From positions 55,362,921 to 55,426,904 of the forward strand of contig JASCQW010000105.1 of assembly GCA_030264375.1 (NCBI GenBank): a stretch of DNA of 63,984 bases. The letters are read 5' to 3'. The position numbers and the translations under genes were made by a program. The stretch is from Carcharhinus longimanus. Its lineage: Eukaryota. The notes under the pieces are model-generated. The model saw only the letters and a list, made by a program, of their open reading frames with translations, was not told where the DNA came from and ran no database searches. This document shows positions 13,882 through 26,925 of the stretch, piece by piece; the stretch's first letter is position 1; each line of letters opens with the position of its first letter.

Positions 13882-14828
13882 TGTTGGGCTTTCAAAGCAC
13901 ATTTCATGAAAGCCCTAAGGGTGGCATTACACAAACAGAATCACCACATGAAAATATATCGCACATTAACAAAGCTAACTATAGTACACAAATACATGCC
14001 AGTAGGGTGCATTCATTTAGATAAAATTACATCAGTCAGTAAAGCAAGTTGTTGCATTTTACAAGTACTGACACAGAATTTTCATTCCAAATTTATTGCT
14101 CTGTTCTTGAAAGGTTATCTCCATCCTCTAACCAATTCTAAATATGTGGTTGATATGTGTCATCAATAAATATGTGGTTTTCTCTTGAAGCTTTGTTCAT
14201 TATGGAAAATTGAAAGCAATAAACAGATAATTCAATTTGTTGTCTGCAAGGCCTAAGGCAAAACAGAGCCTGGAAAAATGTACCTCCCAGTCCTTGTTGC
14301 AAAATCTGTTGGGTCACAGGGTGGGGGAGGTATTAGAAACATTAGCAGACTTTGGTTATCATTCTTGTCCTTAAACATTTTCACTTGTCCATTTCATTCT
14401 ATGCAGCTACCAACCTTATTTGAACTTCACTTTCTCTCCAAGTTCCCCAGATGCAGCAAGCTCAGTGCCCAGCTCTTGCAAATCTCTTTTTCAAATCCCT
14501 TCAGGCTGGCTGCCACCATGTTAATGACATCAAGACTGCCTAGAGTCATGAATGATATCCTCCTGGTTGCAGCCTCTGATACCAATTCCTTCAGACACTC
14601 CAACAAGTTCAAATCTTGTCTACCCAGTTCCATCCCATATTATGGGGGACGGTGGGGGCGGGGATTTTCTGCCCCAATTTTCAGCAGGCAGGAAGAGCCT
14701 GAGGGGACAGAGAATCCAAAAGGAGTCCCAACGTGGCTTTTGTACCAGCAGGATTTCCCTGCCCTTGGGAATTATGTAATGGGTTCCACCATGAAAGGTC
14801 TGTAATGCTGTTAACATTCATTTGCATC

Positions 14829-15371
14829 CCTTAGCATTCATGTCGAGAGAGCTAGAATACAAGAGCAGGGATGAACTTCTAAGGCCGTGTAAGCTCTGAT
14901 CAGATCCCATTTGGAGTATCGTGAGCAGTTTTGGGTCCCATATCTAAGGAAGGATGTGCTGGCCTTGGAAAGGGTCCAGAGGAGAGTCACAAGAATGATC
15001 CATGGAATGAAGAGCTTGTTTTTTGAGGAATGGTTGAGGACTCTGGGTCTGTACTCATTGGAGTATAGAAGAATGAGGAGGGGATCTTGTTAAAACTTAT
15101 AGGATATTGCGAGGCCTGCATAGAATGGATGTGGAGAGGATGTTTCCACTAGTAGGAAAAATTAGAACCAGAGGGCCCAACCTCAGGCTAAAGGGATGAT
15201 CCTTTAAAACAGAGATGTGGAGGAATTTCTCCAACCAGGGAGTGGTGAATCTGTGGAACTCTGCCACAAAAGGCTGCGGAGGCCAGGTCATTGAGTGTCT
15301 TTAAGACAGAGATAGATAGTTTCTTGATTAATAAGGGGATCAGGGGTTATGGGGAAAAGGCAGGAGAATGG
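14829..15371 (+). mobile_element. CR1 LINE 3' fragment, inserted in a Harbinger-like non-autonomous element (~14655-16025)
   Basis: ORF2 C-terminal motif LEYREQFWVPYLRKDVLALERVQRRVTRMI..LGLYSLEYRR. Confidence 0.85.
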
Positions 15372-16739
15372 NNNNNNNNNNNNNNNNNNNNNNNNNNNNN
15401 NNNNNNNNNNNNNNNNNNNNNNNNNNNNNNNNNNNNNNNNNNNNNNNNNNNNNNNNNNNNNNNNNNNNNNNNCTCGGCGGGTTTATAACAGGTTTTGATG
15501 AACAGGGACCTGGTGAACAGAACCTTCTGGGGGTCACACAGGTAAATTCAACCGCCAGGGGAGAGCAATATGCATGTGCAGTACTTTGGCAAAGCTGGGG
15601 TGGGGGGACTCCCATTGGAGAGCTTTGGGGTATGGGTGTCACATGTCCATACAGGGCAGATTCTCCTGGGAGGGGGGGGGGGGGCGGGGTTGATGGGTAA
15701 GTCCAGTGTCTGCATGGGGGTGGCCTGGTGAGGTTAGTGGGTGGGGGCTGGGGAAGAGTTGTTCTCTGGGGTGTCCCATGTCCATGCAGAGAGAGAGGTC
15801 CTGTGTCCATTGAAGAATATTTTGTTTTTTTAAAGGGCACTCTTACCTGTCAGGAGCAGAAGTTGTCCACCCGTCATCATGATATGCTGTGAGACCCACC
15901 CTTCCTTTCTTTTCCCCCAAGTGTTTAAAAATACAGCAGGATAACCCAGAAAGGTAGCTAGTGGGCTGCCCTCTGCTTCTCCAGCAGGAAATAACGCTCA
16001 GGAAAAAAATCAAAAAATTCTACCCGAAGTCCTGATCATCTATCATTCCAATCCACATTAGTGCCATTTCCTCTAACACACTAAATTTAGGATCTTTCAA
16101 TAGTCTCACCCCATTCTGTGTCTGCAACTTTTTCCAGCATTGCATCTTGTCCTATATTCTTGTACTCTGATCTTTCATGCATTGCACATCCCTTCACTGT
16201 ACCACTGATAGCAGAACTTTCAGTTGTCTCAACTTTATTCTCTGGAACACGTTATAAATGCATCTACTTTTTTATGCTTTTTCCTGCTTTTCTCGACCTT
16301 TCTTGGCCAAGTCTTTGACTGAAGAAAGAAGTTGCATTTATATAGTATGTTCCACAACATCAAATTGTGCCAAAGTGTTTCCAAGTCAATTAAGTGTTTG
16401 TTTTGAAGTGTTGTCACTGTTATCACTTTTCGTGCATCTTGTTGCCTTGACTCTTTTGTTTGTTTTTTCTCATTTTTCTCCTGCCTACCCCCATCATGTA
16501 AAACACCTTGAGATGCTTTCCATATTAAAGGCACTATACAACTGCAAATTTTTGTTATAATCTGTTTCCGATTGTCGCATTGCACATATTTGAAATGGTT
16601 TTGGTCTTTTTCTACTATTACACTTGAGATTCTAGACACAGAAGCTGGAGAGGTGGACTAATCTCATACATATCCCATCAAACCCTGCAGTGAAAAAGCA
16701 ATCAGTTTCTTTGATGAACCAAAGATTCAGGACAGAGTC

Positions 16740-17420
16740 ATGTATGTTATTGAGATTCTGCACTGTGCAACTCTCAAATAGGTTTTGGAAATAATTGAAT
16801 GCAGAGATATATACAAGAGGAATTTTTTGTTAAATGGAACAGAGATACAGCATGCTGATCCAGAAAAGATAAATCAATGGTCTAGCTTTACAAAAACAAA
16901 TAATATGCTGGGTTACTTTAACAGAGATAGAATACAAATCAAAAGAGGTGCTTTATTACTATATAAAGGCTAGTCAGACCCCATCTGGAGAATTATCTTC
17001 AGTTCCGGCCACCTATGATAAAGTACAAAGGTAAACAATAAATGTATTGTATATCAGAAGTTTAGGCTATGATGAGAAGGAAGTGGGACTTATTTTCTTT
17101 GGACAAGAGAAGACTTCAAGGCATTTTCATTATGTCTTGGAACAATATAGATAAATACAAAAAGTTGGTGGAAGTAAATTGTTTTTTTGTGGCTAAGGTT
17201 TCAAGCAACAAGGGACAAAAGTTACAAATTAGGAGTGAAGAGCAAATCAAGAATTAGGTTTTCATCCAAATAATAATAGAGCTGTCCAGTGAAGATCATT
17301 GAAGTGAACAGGAATTTGTTTATTCTCCTGAAAGAGAAGTGATTGAAGGGTATCATAAAACATGTGACCGCTTTGTCTTTCAAAGCACAATTGAGTCTAA
17401 TGGGTTTTTACTGTTCCCAT
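16740..17420 (+). mobile_element. Old CR1 3' fragment
   Basis: Decayed motifs (ataatatgctgg...tataaaggctagtcagaccccatctggag; LFSLDKRRLQG). Confidence 0.55.
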
Positions 17421-19254
17421 TAACTCTAATGTGAGTAAGTTTGGGTGCAATTGTCACAAATGTGTAATTATGGTATTATAGATTTTTAAGGATAACTGTT
17501 TTAATGACATATTTCTGTTTCCAAAACTTTACAATCCGTTTTTAAAAAGTATTTTTCAAAATGCAAGTTTGGACAAATGACATGCCACCTTCCATGTTTA
17601 GTCAAACCTCATCAGACCCCTATGTTTGGAGCTAGGCATGAAAAGTCATTAAAAATGAAAAGACTCCTCCAAGGATGTCCATTGAATTCTAAAAGGTGTG
17701 ACAAACCCCTTTATTTCTGAAGGAACAGATGATGGGAAAGAACTTCAAAGGACCGCAACATAATTAATTTCTTTGCTTGGTGGAACAATACCTAATTAAA
17801 TTAACATTTCAGCCATTTTATGTTTTAGAATTGCATAAAGTCTATTTGAAAACAGCAATTTGTGTGCGAAATCACAGGAAGAACACTGAGAAACAACATC
17901 AGAGAGGGTTCTTGCCAAAGGAGTACAAAGATGAAGATATTAAGAAATCAACTGCTATTCTGAAACCGCAGAATTAGTGAAGAATAGGAAACCTTCTCAT
18001 GCTACCAAAAATCCAAAGACCTAAAAATCTCCCCAAATCTGTTCCCAAAGTCAAAGAGGGAGATGTAGAATCCTTCTTTGCTGCTTTCAGTAAAGTAGAC
18101 AATCAGCTACACTAACCCCAGGAAGTATGGATACTGAGGATTCGAGGTCAGTTAACGGAAAAACCCAAGAGATGTTCTCTACAATGACACCTGAAATGAC
18201 CACTGAAAACAAACAGAACTATGGATTCAATCCTGAGTTTCTATGAACTCATGCCAGAGACATATTGCAGAGCTCCCATAAACTGCCCATGCAAACGCAT
18301 CTGAAATTTGATAGAGTTGGACAGATTGCATTCGCCATTGGCCTTATTGATGTAGCTTACATGTGATGGAAGAGAATTAGTGTAATTAGCGGAGTTCGAA
18401 AGTTACCTTTCTTACAATGTTAAAATGCAGCTTGAGGAACAAAAGGTTTTATCAGCAAGGACATCTGCCATGAAATCAAGGATTATGAATTGACTCACAG
18501 ACCTCTGAATCAAGGAAGCATTGTCAAATAGTTTGTATCAGCAGGGAAAAGATAAGAGGGAAGCAGAGGGAAAGGAAAAGAGAATGGGGACACATGTGAA
18601 ACCCCTTCTCAACCTTGAAAAGAAGAAATGTTAAAGGCAGAGTTTTCGGACAATGTCCTGTAGCAAACCAGGTCACACAAATGCAAAAAAAGCCACAGGC
18701 AGTATTCAAATCTCAGTGGTCATTATCGTCACAACACTTTGTGCCAATGCAAAGGAAAGCACAGCGACCTATCAGAATTTTGTATGTAAAGGAGAAATGG
18801 TCCTCTGTGGTTCCATAGGAATAGGAAAGGAGATTAACATTCTCTAGGATATGGGTTCTTGACAGACACTGCTGGCAGGGAGAATTAAGAATTTGCCACA
18901 CAGAAACGGGACAAATTCCAAGTGATAGTCAAAGGACTGGACTTTGAGGTACAATTGGTGAAAATTCATTTAAAGAGAGAACTTGTTACTTGGCTGATGA
19001 CAGTGGTTTCAATCTCAACTTGCCCATGCAGAGGGTCAACTGTCTGCTAGAAAATTACCTCATAGTCTGGAAGGTGTTATTGAATGAAGCTCAGAAGTAG
19101 TCCACAGAGGCTCAGCAAACTGAACTACTTCAGTAAGAGGAATGTGTAAAGTTGCAGACAGCTAAAAAGACTTCAGGATCCCTTCAGAGGTAAAGGATAC
19201 AACCTACGAAAGTTGGAATGGCCAGGCTAGAACACATAAAATTAAACAGATAGC

Positions 19255-20462
19255 ATCAAAGTATAGATGAGGCTAGTACAGTTGATGAAGTTTATATGGA
19301 TTTCAGCAAAGCCTTTGACAAAGTCCCACATGGGAGACTTGTAAGGAAGGTAAATGCAGATGGGATACAGGATACTTTGATAACATGGATGCAAAATTGG
19401 CTCCATTATAGGAGACAGAGGGTGATGACAGAAGTCTGCTTTAGTGACTAGAAGCCATGTCCAGTGGCATACCACAGGGATCTGTGCTGGGTCTCTTATT
19501 ATTCATCATTCTTATTAAAAAACTAAGTGGAGGGTAGGTTTAGTAAGTTTGTGGATGACTCAAAGATTCGCTAGGTGGTTAACAGTGAGGTTAAGTGTCT
19601 TGGGCTACAAGAAGATGTAAATGAGATGGTCAAATGGGCAGATAAGTGGCAGATGACATTTAGCCCTGAAAAGTGTAAGGTAATACACTTTGGAAAGAGT
19701 AATTTGGCAAGGACGTATTCAATGAACAACATGACACTAGGATGTTCTGTGGAACAAAGGGATGTTGGCATGTTTGTCAATAGATCACTGAAGGCCAAGG
19801 GCATGTTAGTAGTAGGGTGAAAAAGGCATATGGGATACTTGCCTTTATCAATGAAGGCATAGATTACAAAACAGGGAAGTCATGTTGGAGTTGTATAGAA
19901 CTTTGGTGAGGCCATAGCTGGAGTACTGTATGCAGTTCTGGTCACCACATTATAGGAAGGATGTGATTGTACTGAAGGGGGTGCAGAGGAAATTCAGCAG
20001 GATTCTACCAGGGATGGAACATTTAAGTTATGAAGAGAGGGTGGATAGGCTTGCATTGTTTTTGTTGGAGCAGAGAAGACTGAGGGGTGACCTGATCAAG
20101 GTGTACAAGATTGAGGGGCATGCGTAGTGTGGATATGGAGCAGCTGTTCCCCTTAGTTGAAGGTTAAGTCACGAGAGGACACAAGTTCAAAGTGAGTGGC
20201 AGAAGGTTTAGAGGGATATAAGGGAAAACATTTTTGCTCAGACAATGGTGACAGTCTGGAATGCATTGCCTGGGAGGGTGGTAGAGGTGAGTTGCCTCAC
20301 ATCCATTAACAAGAACCTGGATGAGCGCTTGGCATGCCATAACGTTCAAGGCTATGGGCCAAGTGCTGGTAAGTGGGATTACATGGAAGGTCAGGTGTTT
20401 CACATGTGTTGGTGCAGACTCGACTGATCGAAGGGCCTCTTCTGCACTGTATGATTCTATAA
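19255..20462 (+). mobile_element. CR1 LINE (RT domain to 3' tail) nested in the LTR element
   Basis: VYMDFSKAFDKVPHGRL, GIPQGSVLG, SKFVDDSKI, QFWSPHYRKDV; ends atgattctat. Confidence 0.9.
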
Positions 20463-20659
20463 AAATGCATAAACATATCCAGAGACAGTGAGGGGGATGC
20501 CAAATCAATTAAAAGAGGCAGAAAGGGGATCTGTTGAATTCCCAAATCAAAATGTCCTTTGGAAGGATTGAGATCTCAAAGTATACTTAAAGGGTTAACA
20601 GCTGGCCATGAACTAATCAGCTCTGACCGTCAAGAAGTAGTCGCACACATCAGTCCATT

Positions 20660-20829
20660 TTGAGTTTCGGCTATTTTTCTCCAACACTTTAAGCCTACCC
20701 CTTAACTTGCTAATTATACAAATGAGAAGCTAAGGGAAACTGAACCTAATGCAAACCATGACTTTGATAAAATAATTTGTGAGTTCAGGGGTAGGCTTAA
20801 AGTGTTGGAGAAAAATAACCAACGCTCAA
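20660..20829. repeat. Long inverted repeat / hairpin
   Basis: 20672-20702 is the perfect 31-bp reverse complement of 20787-20817, with imperfect extension inward and outward. Confidence 0.92.
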
Positions 20830-21766
20830 AACGCTGCATCTGTCAATTTAGCTCGAAAAGAATTAAATAAGTCCTGATCTGAATGGAATGAGGAAAATCT
20901 GAGAGATTTGAAACTATTCAAAGGACAAACCAGACAAGAGTATCAGACATTCTTGCTAAAACATGAAAAACATCTTAATGGCACACTTGTGTCAGCAAAA
21001 AGGGACTTAGACCAAGGCAGGAATGAGTTGTTGGTACAGAAGGAGGTAATTGTTAACCTTCTCACTCAAAAGGGAGAATTTAAAAGGTTTAGTCTGGAAA
21101 GTGGACAGAAAATGCCCGCAGGTGAAGATGCAGCAATTGATTTTGCTTTAGATTTGTCTGGCACATTCTTTGAAGCATCAATAATGGAAAAGTTACAGAT
21201 GGCGAGCTCAGAGAAGCTCCAAAGTTACAATCTATGCAAACTGTTGTAAAAAAAAAAGCTGGGAAAAGGGAATCCACCAGATAGAAAATAATTGGGAAAT
21301 AATAGAAAAGGAAGAAGACAATAGGAAAGTGCATTGCGTCAGTTACTGTAATGTCAAACATTTGTATATATCTTTTGTTTTCTCGTATAGGAATACATAT
21401 ATTTCCATTCTTTCTGGGGAGGAGAAAGATGTTACAAACATGTAATTGTGGTATTAGAGATTTTCAGCACAGTTATTTTAAAGGCACATGTCTGTTTTCA
21501 AACCTTTGCATTGAGTTTTTAAAAAAGCCTCTTACAAAAGGGAAATATGAACAAAAGACATGACACCTTCTGGTGTTAATTTAAATGTTATCATTTCTCC
21601 AAAGCTAGCTACAAAACTGGAAAGACACCAACAGAGATGTCCTTTGAATTCTAAAAGACGTGTGTGGTATGTTGGTTTTGACTGGCTAAGAAAGCTTGTG
21701 AGACATCCCTATGTCTGAACAATATGTGGTTTATTATACAAACATTGCTATTTACGGATATACAAG

Positions 21767-22115
21767 GGGAGGCAATGGCCTAATGGCATTATTGCTGGAA
21801 TATCAATCCAGAAACTCTGTTAATGTTCTGGGGACCTAAGTTCAAATTCTACCACAGCCAATGGTGGACAATGATTTCAATAAAAAATATCTGGAATTAA
21901 GAATCAACTGATGACCATGAAACCATTATCAATTGCCTGAAAAACCATCTGGTTTGCTAATATTCTTTAAGGAAGGAAGTCTGCCATCCTTTCCTGGACT
22001 GGCCTACATATGACTCCAGAGCCACAACACTGTGTTTGACTCTTCACTGCGGTCTGAAAGCCACCCAATTCAAGGACAATTAGGAATGGGCAATAAATAC
22101 TATCCCGCTACTGAA
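21767..22115 (+). mobile_element. tRNA-derived SINE (second family)
   Basis: ggggaggcaatggcctaatgg...ggggacctaagttcaaattc...atgaccatgaaaccatt...ggaaggaagtctgcc; homologous copy at 61893-62240. Confidence 0.7.
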
Positions 22116-24197
22116 TAAAAAACACATATTGAACTTTCTCCTTCAGACTCTTCATCATCTGACTCTCTTACATCATCATGTGAGCAATACGGTTTCTCCA
22201 GTCCACACATTAACCCTTTCAGCCTCTTTTGTCTTTGTCCAAATATATTTATATTTACATACTACCCCTTCTGCCCACAAGCCTCTGACTTCATAGGTCG
22301 AAGCAGTCTGGAGATCTTGCTGATCGTCTCCTTGTGAGGCTTGGAAGATTGGTAGTTTCACTTTGGACCTGTTTTCTTCAATTTTGTTGGTCTTCGGTAA
22401 GAATTGCAGTACCTGATGCATTGTCTATTTGACTCTGAGTATCTGGATTTCCCAAGGAATGTGCCTTCAGGGATATGTATTAAGTAAGATTGTTGATTGT
22501 CATCCCTTTGGCTGATGACACTTTCTCTGCCTGGGTTTCTTATCCATACCTTGTCTTCTTTGTTCAGCCTGAGCAGGTTTCTGGTACAATACCTCCTATT
22601 ATAAGTGGAGTTTGCAGCAGGACTGTTCTCAAATTTAACCTTCTGATAGTTCTAGGCTGTTAACCCTAAGATGAATTTCTTGTGTAGCATAGGAAACTGA
22701 TACAAAGCCTTCTGCCCAGCAGCAGTTCAGATGGCGATAATCCACATTGCGGTAAATTAGGCCTGTACGTTCAAAGTGCCATTGGAAATCTTCAAGTCAG
22801 TATTAATAGTGGGAAAGCCCCTTTCTGCCTCACCATTGGATTAGGGTATTGCAGGGAACTCATGAGATGCTGGAATCTGTAACTTTCAGAGAAATTGTTG
22901 AAGCAATCGTTGACGAATTGTGGGCTGTTGCCGGATACCACCTGGTCCTGAATGCCAAATGTTGCAAACCCTTCTTTCAATAATCTAATGACTAACTCTA
23001 TGATCTTTGTTTGTAAATGGCTCATTTTAACCCACCTGGAAAAGCAATCAATACAATGAGGAATGATTTGTCATTGTACATAAATAGATCCATTCCCTAA
23101 CGGTCCCATGGTCTGGTATAGAACTGAATGGGGATAAGGGGCTTCCTTTGGATTTGTTTGTGCAGTGCACATACCAGGCAGTGTGAACTCATCTTTTCAA
23201 TCACTCTTGATATTCCCGACTATGTCACTGCAGCTTGAACTTGTGCTCTGCATTCTGCAATGCCTATGTGGCCTTGGTAGATTTATCATAAAATCTCTGA
23301 ACGGAATAAATTGAGAATTCCCAACTGTCCATCGTACACCAACAGATCATCAATTATAGTGAAATGTTTCTGTTGTTTGAAGTAAATATTCATGGTCATT
23401 TCACTGGGGCACTGCAGTGGGCAATCTTGCTGCATCATTGATGGATGGAGATGCATTCCTCCTCCTGCAGATGCTCTTGGCATATCTGTTGTAACTTTAT
23501 GGAGCTTGCTGGCAATTGTGTTGCCACAAACTGGGAATAGGACTCAACATCATCAATAAGATTAACATTTTGTGTTATGGGATGACCGTACTGTGGCTCT
23601 GATTAATTTGTCTGCAGCTTGCCCTGGACATTACACTGCCTTGTAAGCAAAGCGCGTCAGTTGCAAGCAGAATCTCTGGACTCTGGGGCACTCTGGTGAG
23701 TTTATTTTCTTCCAGCAATGAGACTAATGGGTTGTGGTCTGTCTCGAAGAGTTCTTTCAGTCTAGTTATATAGTCAGAGAATTTCTCACAAACCCACATG
23801 GCTATGAGACCTTCCTTCCCCATATACTGCACATCTCATTTCTGTGTCAAACAGTGCCCAGACATCTAATAGATGGGTCAATGATACCTATTCAGTTGTC
23901 CTTAAAGCAGGACTGCCCCTAGTCTTAGAGATGTGGCATCAGCTATAATTGTGGTCAATCAGGATGGGTGATAGTGAGCCAAGCTATCTGATGAGAACAG
24001 TATGTCTTTAATCTGTTTGAAAGCTGGCTTCTGCTGTGCATCCCAACAGCATGCTTGGATCTTCCCCAGTAGTTGTATCAATGACTTGAGTCATGTTTGG
24101 CAGCTGATTTACCATACCCAAGAATACCTGAAGATCTGGAACAGTGACGAGGTTAGAAATGCTGTAATAGCCTTTGTTGTTTGTTGATCTGCCAAAC

Positions 24198-24336
24198 CCA
24201 GCTTTGACTAAGGGTCATCTGGACTCTCAACGTCAGTGCTTTTCTCTCCTTACAGATGCTAACAGACCTGCTGAGATTTTCCAGCATCTTCTCTTTTGGT
24301 TTCAGATTCCAGCAACTGCAGTAATTTGCTTTTATT
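24198..24336 (+). mobile_element. Penelope-like pseudo-LTR fragment inserted in the Gypsy remnant
   Basis: Reverse complement of the 6177 element: agctttgactaagggtcatctggactc...cagatgctaacagacctgctgagattttccagcat. Confidence 0.55.
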
Positions 24337-24344
24337 AGGCTTAC

Positions 24345-24598
24345 ATTAACACTGCAATGAAGTTACCCTAGACACCACAGTCCGGTGCCTGTTTGGCTAC
24401 ACTGAGGAAGAATTTAGTATGACGAATGCACCTAACCAGCACGTCTTTCTGACTGTGGGAGGAAACTGGAGTACCCGGAGGAAACCCATGCAGACACAGG
24501 GAGAACGTGCAGACTCCACACAGACGGTGATCCAAGCTGTTTGGAATCAAACTTAGGTCCCTGGCACTGCAAGGCAGTAGTACTAATCACTGTGCCAC
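24345..24598 (-). mobile_element. V-SINE
   Basis: gactgtgggaggaaactggagtacccggaggaaacccatgcagac...cactgtgccac. Confidence 0.8.
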
Positions 24599-26017
24599 TA
24601 TTGGTATTGAGCTTTGAGAGCTTGGTCAAGCTACTGTCCACCAAGAACATTGGGTAGATTTCCTTCACCTCAGCCTTGTTGAGTTGAATCAGATCGACAC
24701 AAATGCAAAGCATTTGGTTTAGGAACCAGACCATTCTGGAAAACCATTCAGTCGGCTTAGTGATGGAGGGGGATGACTCCCATTTTGATTATCTCGCAAG
24801 TTGCAGCAAGACCTGTTTCATGACTGGATGTGGTATCTTCCTTGCAGTGAAAAGACACATAGGTTTAATATTTTTCATAATGATATCCTGTATTCTGTCA
24901 CCCGAGTCCGGTGAATAGCTTTGGAAAATCTATTTTGAAGTCCTACCCAGATCCTTGCTGGTTGATTTTCCCAATCTTTTGGATGAGGTTGACATAGGTT
25001 TTTTTTGCCTCAAGAGAGAATTCTTGGTTTGTTTCTTCTTATATTGGAACATTGCTTGCAATGTACCTTGACCTGAAACTTAATTCCTCCTGGGTTGTAG
25101 ATGGCTACAGACATTGTTTTACTTGTCATGGTTCTTCATCGGACAGGATTGCTACACTTGCTCCTGTATCCAATTTGAGATCAGTGATCTGTCCATTTGT
25201 ATAATTGTCGGTATTTTAGAAAGTGTACCTTAGACCTTTCATCTTGCTCAGGGAGCATTCTCTTCCTCTTTTTGGTGAGATGGCCTTGTGTGTGAAGGTT
25301 CTCTTGTGATCCTCTGTGTATCCAGAGAATTTTGTCTTAACCATCCCAACAATGAAAGCAATCTGCAGTGCTTGCTGAGTACTATTTGCTCCTGTAGGGC
25401 TCTTTGGTGCCATGACGCTGATATGGTTTACTGACCTCTTGAGCTTTTGTTCTATAACACACCATTTTTGCCCCATGTGTCTTTGAATGCTTTTGTTTAA
25501 TAATCTGCATCATCACTGGGCATTTCATGAACCATGGTTTGTCTTCCATTCTTAGTCTGACCTTATTTTGCTGACAAACCTCTCATTATCTAACTAAGTG
25601 TATCCCCTTCTCCAAAATTATCTTTGGATTGCAGTAGGTCACAAAAATCTGTATTTATTTTCTCCTCCAATCACTGGTCTGTTTTTCTCCCATATTTGCT
25701 ACTAATAGGTTGACTAATGAGCTTATCAACAGCAAATTAGGGAGAGAAACAGTCTCCAATTGGAGGAGCCTTGTGTACAGAGATAGGAGAGTGTGCTGAA
25801 TTTTTCATGGCCATAGGAAGTGAAGGTTTGGCAGAGCTGCAGACTAGGAAGCCAGATTTGAGAACCTGGGGAAAACAAGATCGCATTGAGCCTGGGGAGG
25901 TCAAAGTTTCAGTGGGCTTGTGGAGGGCAAGTTCATATTAGGCCCAGGAAGGCCCAAGTCTCATCAGGCCTGGGGAAGGAATGGTGCTGTGGTGACTATA
26001 TGAGAGTGAGCGACTGT

Positions 26018-26149
26018 GGGCAGGACTTTCCAGCCGTGCTCACCCCAAAACCAGAAATTCTCATCTGAGGTCAATAGACCTTTGCATGGTTCAGCACCCC
26101 CCCCCCACTCACTCCACTTCCCATGGCGGGCGGAATGGGAAAATTCCCC
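26018..26149. mobile_element. PIF/Harbinger-type MITE
   Basis: gggcaggactttcc...gggaaaattcccc with TGT on both sides. Confidence 0.6.
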
Positions 26150-26199
26150 TGTGTTGGGGAGGGAATCACTGTGTGTGAGGAAGGCAGTCTTGATCTCCT

Positions 26200-26710
26200 T
26201 ATGTGAGGAAGAGTGTTTTTGCTCTGGAGGGAGTGTAGAGAAGGTTCACCAGACTGATGACAGAACTGATCTATGAAGAGAAATTGAGTCAGTTAGGATT
26301 GTATTTCAGAAGTTCAGAACAAAGAGGAGGGATCTCATGGAAATCTATAAAGTTCTAACAGGACTAGACAGGGTAAATGCAAGGAGGATGTTCCCAGTGG
26401 TGGGGATGTCCAGAATTAGAGGTCACAGTCTGAGGATACAATGTTTGGGACTGAGATAAGGAGAAATTTCTTCAGTCAGAGAGTGGTCAGCCTATGGAAT
26501 TTGCTACCACAGAAAGTAGTTAAAGTCAAAACATTGAATGTTTTCAAGAAGCAGTTAGATATAGCATTGAGGTGAAGAGGATCAAAGGGTATGGGGAGAA
26601 AACGGGATCAAGCTATTGCATTGGATGATCGGCCATGATCAGAATGAATCGTGGAGCAAGCTCAAAGAACCATTTGGCCTCCTCTTGTTCCTATTTTCTC
26701 TGTTTCTGTG
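26200..26710 (+). mobile_element. CR1 LINE 3' fragment
   Basis: Similar to 14829-15371; tail gatgatcggccatgatcagaatgaat...ctgtttct. Confidence 0.75.
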
Positions 26711-26717
26711 TTTCTGC

Positions 26718-26925
26718 ATGGCGGGAGGGACGAGGGACTGTGCGCGCAGGGAGGGACGAGGGACTGCGCGCGGAGGGAGGGACGAGGGACTGCGCACGGA
26801 GGGACGAGGGACTGCGCGCGGAGGGAGGGACGAGGGACTGCGCACGGAGGGAGGGACGAGGGACTGCACAAGGAGGGAGGGACGAGCAACTTTGCATGGA
26901 GGGAGGGATGAGCGACTGTGTGTGG
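26718..26925. repeat. GC-rich minisatellite, ~26-bp unit (ggagggagggacgagggactgcgcrc), ~8 copies
   Basis: Unit read directly from the sequence; it explains the repetitive ORFs in all frames here. Confidence 0.92.

Larger units (their letters stand above)
17452..21760 (+). mobile_element. Decayed Gypsy (Gmr1-like) LTR retrotransposon with both LTRs
   Basis: Direct repeats start TG at 17452 (tgtcacaaatgtgtaattatggtattatagatttt) and at 21430 (tgttacaaacatgtaattgtggtattagagatttt), and share gatgtcc(a/t)ttgaattctaaaag. Polypurine tract ggggaggagaaaga abuts the 3' LTR. Gag remnant VPKVKEGDVESFFAAFSKV...FYELMPETY, zinc-knuckle and protease remnants (KEINIL*DMG). Confidence 0.75.
22150..25660 (-). 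mobile_element. Decayed Ty3/Gypsy internal region (gag-protease-RNase H-integrase)
   Basis: Minus strand LKLDTGASVAIL (protease, ~25150-25185), WVCEKFSDYI..ETDHNPLVSLL (RNase H), FATFGIQDQVVSGNSPQF..FQHLMSSLQYP (integrase). Confidence 0.8.
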
